The translations under genes and the position numbers were made by a program. Below the pieces are notes generated by a model. That model was not told the DNA's origin, did no database searches, and saw only the letters and a list, made by a program, of their open reading frames with translations. DNA of 63,610 nucleotides, filler included, from Octopus bimaculoides (taxonomy: Eukaryota), in assembly GCF_001194135.2 (NCBI RefSeq). It is 4 parts of 4 records of this genome, joined end to end, with 100 filler letters (N's around TTAATTAATTAA, not from the genome) between each part and the next. Parts side by side here need not be neighbours in the genome. Positions count along the whole stretch, not along the records: positions 52,713 to 63,610 come from NC_068984.1; 3 more parts are not named here. One strand, written 5' to 3'. Below are positions 61,941 through 63,610 of the stretch, piece after piece (within the stretch, counting starts at the first letter, position 1; each line of letters begins with the position of its first letter).

Positions 61941-62493
61941 CATTGAAGTAAAAGATGAATGTCAGACCGGTGTTAATATATGTTAGTATATTAATCTTAT
62001 ATAGGTTTTTCTCAATTTTATGAACAACCTACTAAAATATTTCATTCATCACCTCATTCATATAATACTCTTTTTCATTATAATTTACTATTTAATCTCT
62101 AGTTATTTACCCATTATTGCCCGAATTATTTTTACATATTATTTCTTACCCACTAAAACAAACTGTAATCCCCTAACTCAAGCATATACCACTATTAGCC
62201 ATAAATAACATTTTTCTGTCTGCTGTGATGATTCTATAATACAAGATTAGAAAAACTGATAGTAAATCTTTATTATATGTTATATCTGCATTTTCTTATT
62301 TTTCATTTGAATGATGAAAAACTATTGTTTATATATAAACCTATTATTTTACGAATATTATTATTCCTAATAAATATTAGGTATTGAACCAGTAATTCAT
62401 TGGATGATACCATCCCTTAACGAGGTTAATTTAACCTCTAATTGAATATATATACATATATATATATATTGTTTATTTGTTTGTTTATTTCAG

Positions 62494-62524
62494 ATGATTA
62501 GTATGCAGGCTCACTGTTCGATTG
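62494..62524 (+). CDS. secreted vWA-domain protein, 31-nt coding exon 2
   Basis: Acceptor tttatttcag|, MISMQAHCSI+G, donor |gtaata; phase 0 in, phase 1 out, matching both neighbours. Confidence 0.6.
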
Positions 62525-63369
62525 GTAATATGATTTTTTTTATTCAATTGTTAGGTTATTATGATGGTGCAGAAGATAAGTTCTGCATAAAATGACACTC
62601 AAGGGTTTAATCCCACAATGGTAGCCATTTCGTTTGTTTTATGCCATTAGGCAAGGCAAAAATGCTTGCACGTTCAACGCAGTTACTGTCAGATATGTCA
62701 GTTGAACTAACTGACAGGTCTGAACTGAAGAGAATAAAAATAAAAAACACGATAAGAATATTCTCTGCACATACTATTTCTTTTCGATTTAGCTTTTGAT
62801 TAGAATTTCTTAACCATTTTTTTGTATTGATTCCTACCCCTTTCTTGTTCATCATCCCTTTTTACCCTCACTTTAGGATAAGGGTAAATAAATATTGTTT
62901 ATAACACAATTTATTGCATAGCGTTAATAGCCTTTATACAAACGTAGCGTTAACATTATCAAAATTAATATTATAAAAAATATATCCAATAAAAAATATG
63001 CATATGGATAAAAAAATGTTTAATCTAGAAACAATTTCCACTGGAATCCCTTTATTTGTCCCTGAGATCCTGAAATATCACCTGTCGGAAAATTCCCCTC
63101 ATATTAAGTATTTCAGTTTTCAACGATATATAATTTATATTAAAAGATCTTACAGCTTCCATGCAATTATAAGCCTGAGCTATAATTTTTATTGTAGAAT
63201 ATTATATTTGATAGGACTGCTCTACCTGTATGAAGCTATTGAAGTACCTGTACATTTGCACATGTAAAAGAGTTAGCTGAATGTCATTAGTATATTACCT
63301 ATTTTAAAAAAGCTGATATAATTTTAAATTTATCTACAGAGATAACTAAATATAATAATGTTTTTCCAG

Positions 63370-63515
63370 ATATCCCTGATTTTAAATGCTTTGAAGAGAA
63401 AGCAGATATTGTATTCGTACTCGACGGTTCAAGTAGCATTTGGCCACCTGATTTCAGGAAACAATTAGAGTTTGTTAATTATTTCATAGATCAAATTGAT
63501 ATTGGAGAAAATGAG
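63370..63515 (+). CDS. secreted vWA-domain protein (collagen VI/XII or matrilin-like vWA), coding exon 3
   Basis: Acceptor tttttccag|, (D)IPDFKCFEEKADIVFVLDGSSSIWPPDFRKQLEFVNYFIDQIDIGENE, donor |gtaatt. DIVFVLDGSSS contains the MIDAS DxSxS. Gene continues past the window. Confidence 0.92.
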
Positions 63516-63518
63516 GTA

Positions 63519-63610
<92 letters not shown>
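63519..63610. repeat. (TTA)n microsatellite starting right after the splice donor
   Basis: Direct reading. Confidence 0.95.

Noticed and set aside
62525-62554. 30-nt GT-AG intron, or read-through ORF MISMQAHCSIGNMIFF...
   Set aside because: Too short for a typical animal intron; the 62524 to 63370 splice gives a coherent protein.
29924-63370. In-frame chimeric splicing of IAP or FABP phase-1 donors to the vWA phase-1 acceptor
   Set aside because: Phase 1 is common, the vWA gene has its own first exons, and artificial joins lie between the genes.

Overview
AT-rich, microsatellite-dense, gap-riddled animal genomic DNA. The SINE families and repeat landscape suggest a coleoid cephalopod, probably Octopus (inference; no search run). 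Three identical 100-base spacers (44 N + TTAATTAATTAA + 44 N, at 18479, 34136 and 52613) are artificial joins, so the window is four separately assembled blocks whose adjacency may not be biological. Three partial host genes lie on the + strand. (1) An IAP apoptosis inhibitor whose large coding exon (28904-29924) encodes a shortened BIR, two canonical BIRs and half of a fourth, plus a decayed intronic duplicate. (2) The promoter and first exon of a fatty-acid-binding protein (46374-46446). (3) The first three exons of a secreted vWA-domain protein (58846-58878, 62494-62524, 63370-63515), largely missed by the ORF track. The rest is tRNA-derived SINEs (four families), Tc1/mariner/pogo fossils, RTE, CR1/L2, CRE and Penelope-like retroelement fragments, foldback elements and satellites. 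The most interesting non-coding signal is a set of type I hammerhead ribozyme motifs. One sits in a highly structured 352-nt unit with 38-nt terminal redundancy (43692-44081) that resembles a retrozyme or circular-RNA-derived insert. Another lies on the sense strand of the vWA gene intron (61328-61383). Everything was read by eye; coordinates of degenerate elements are approximate.
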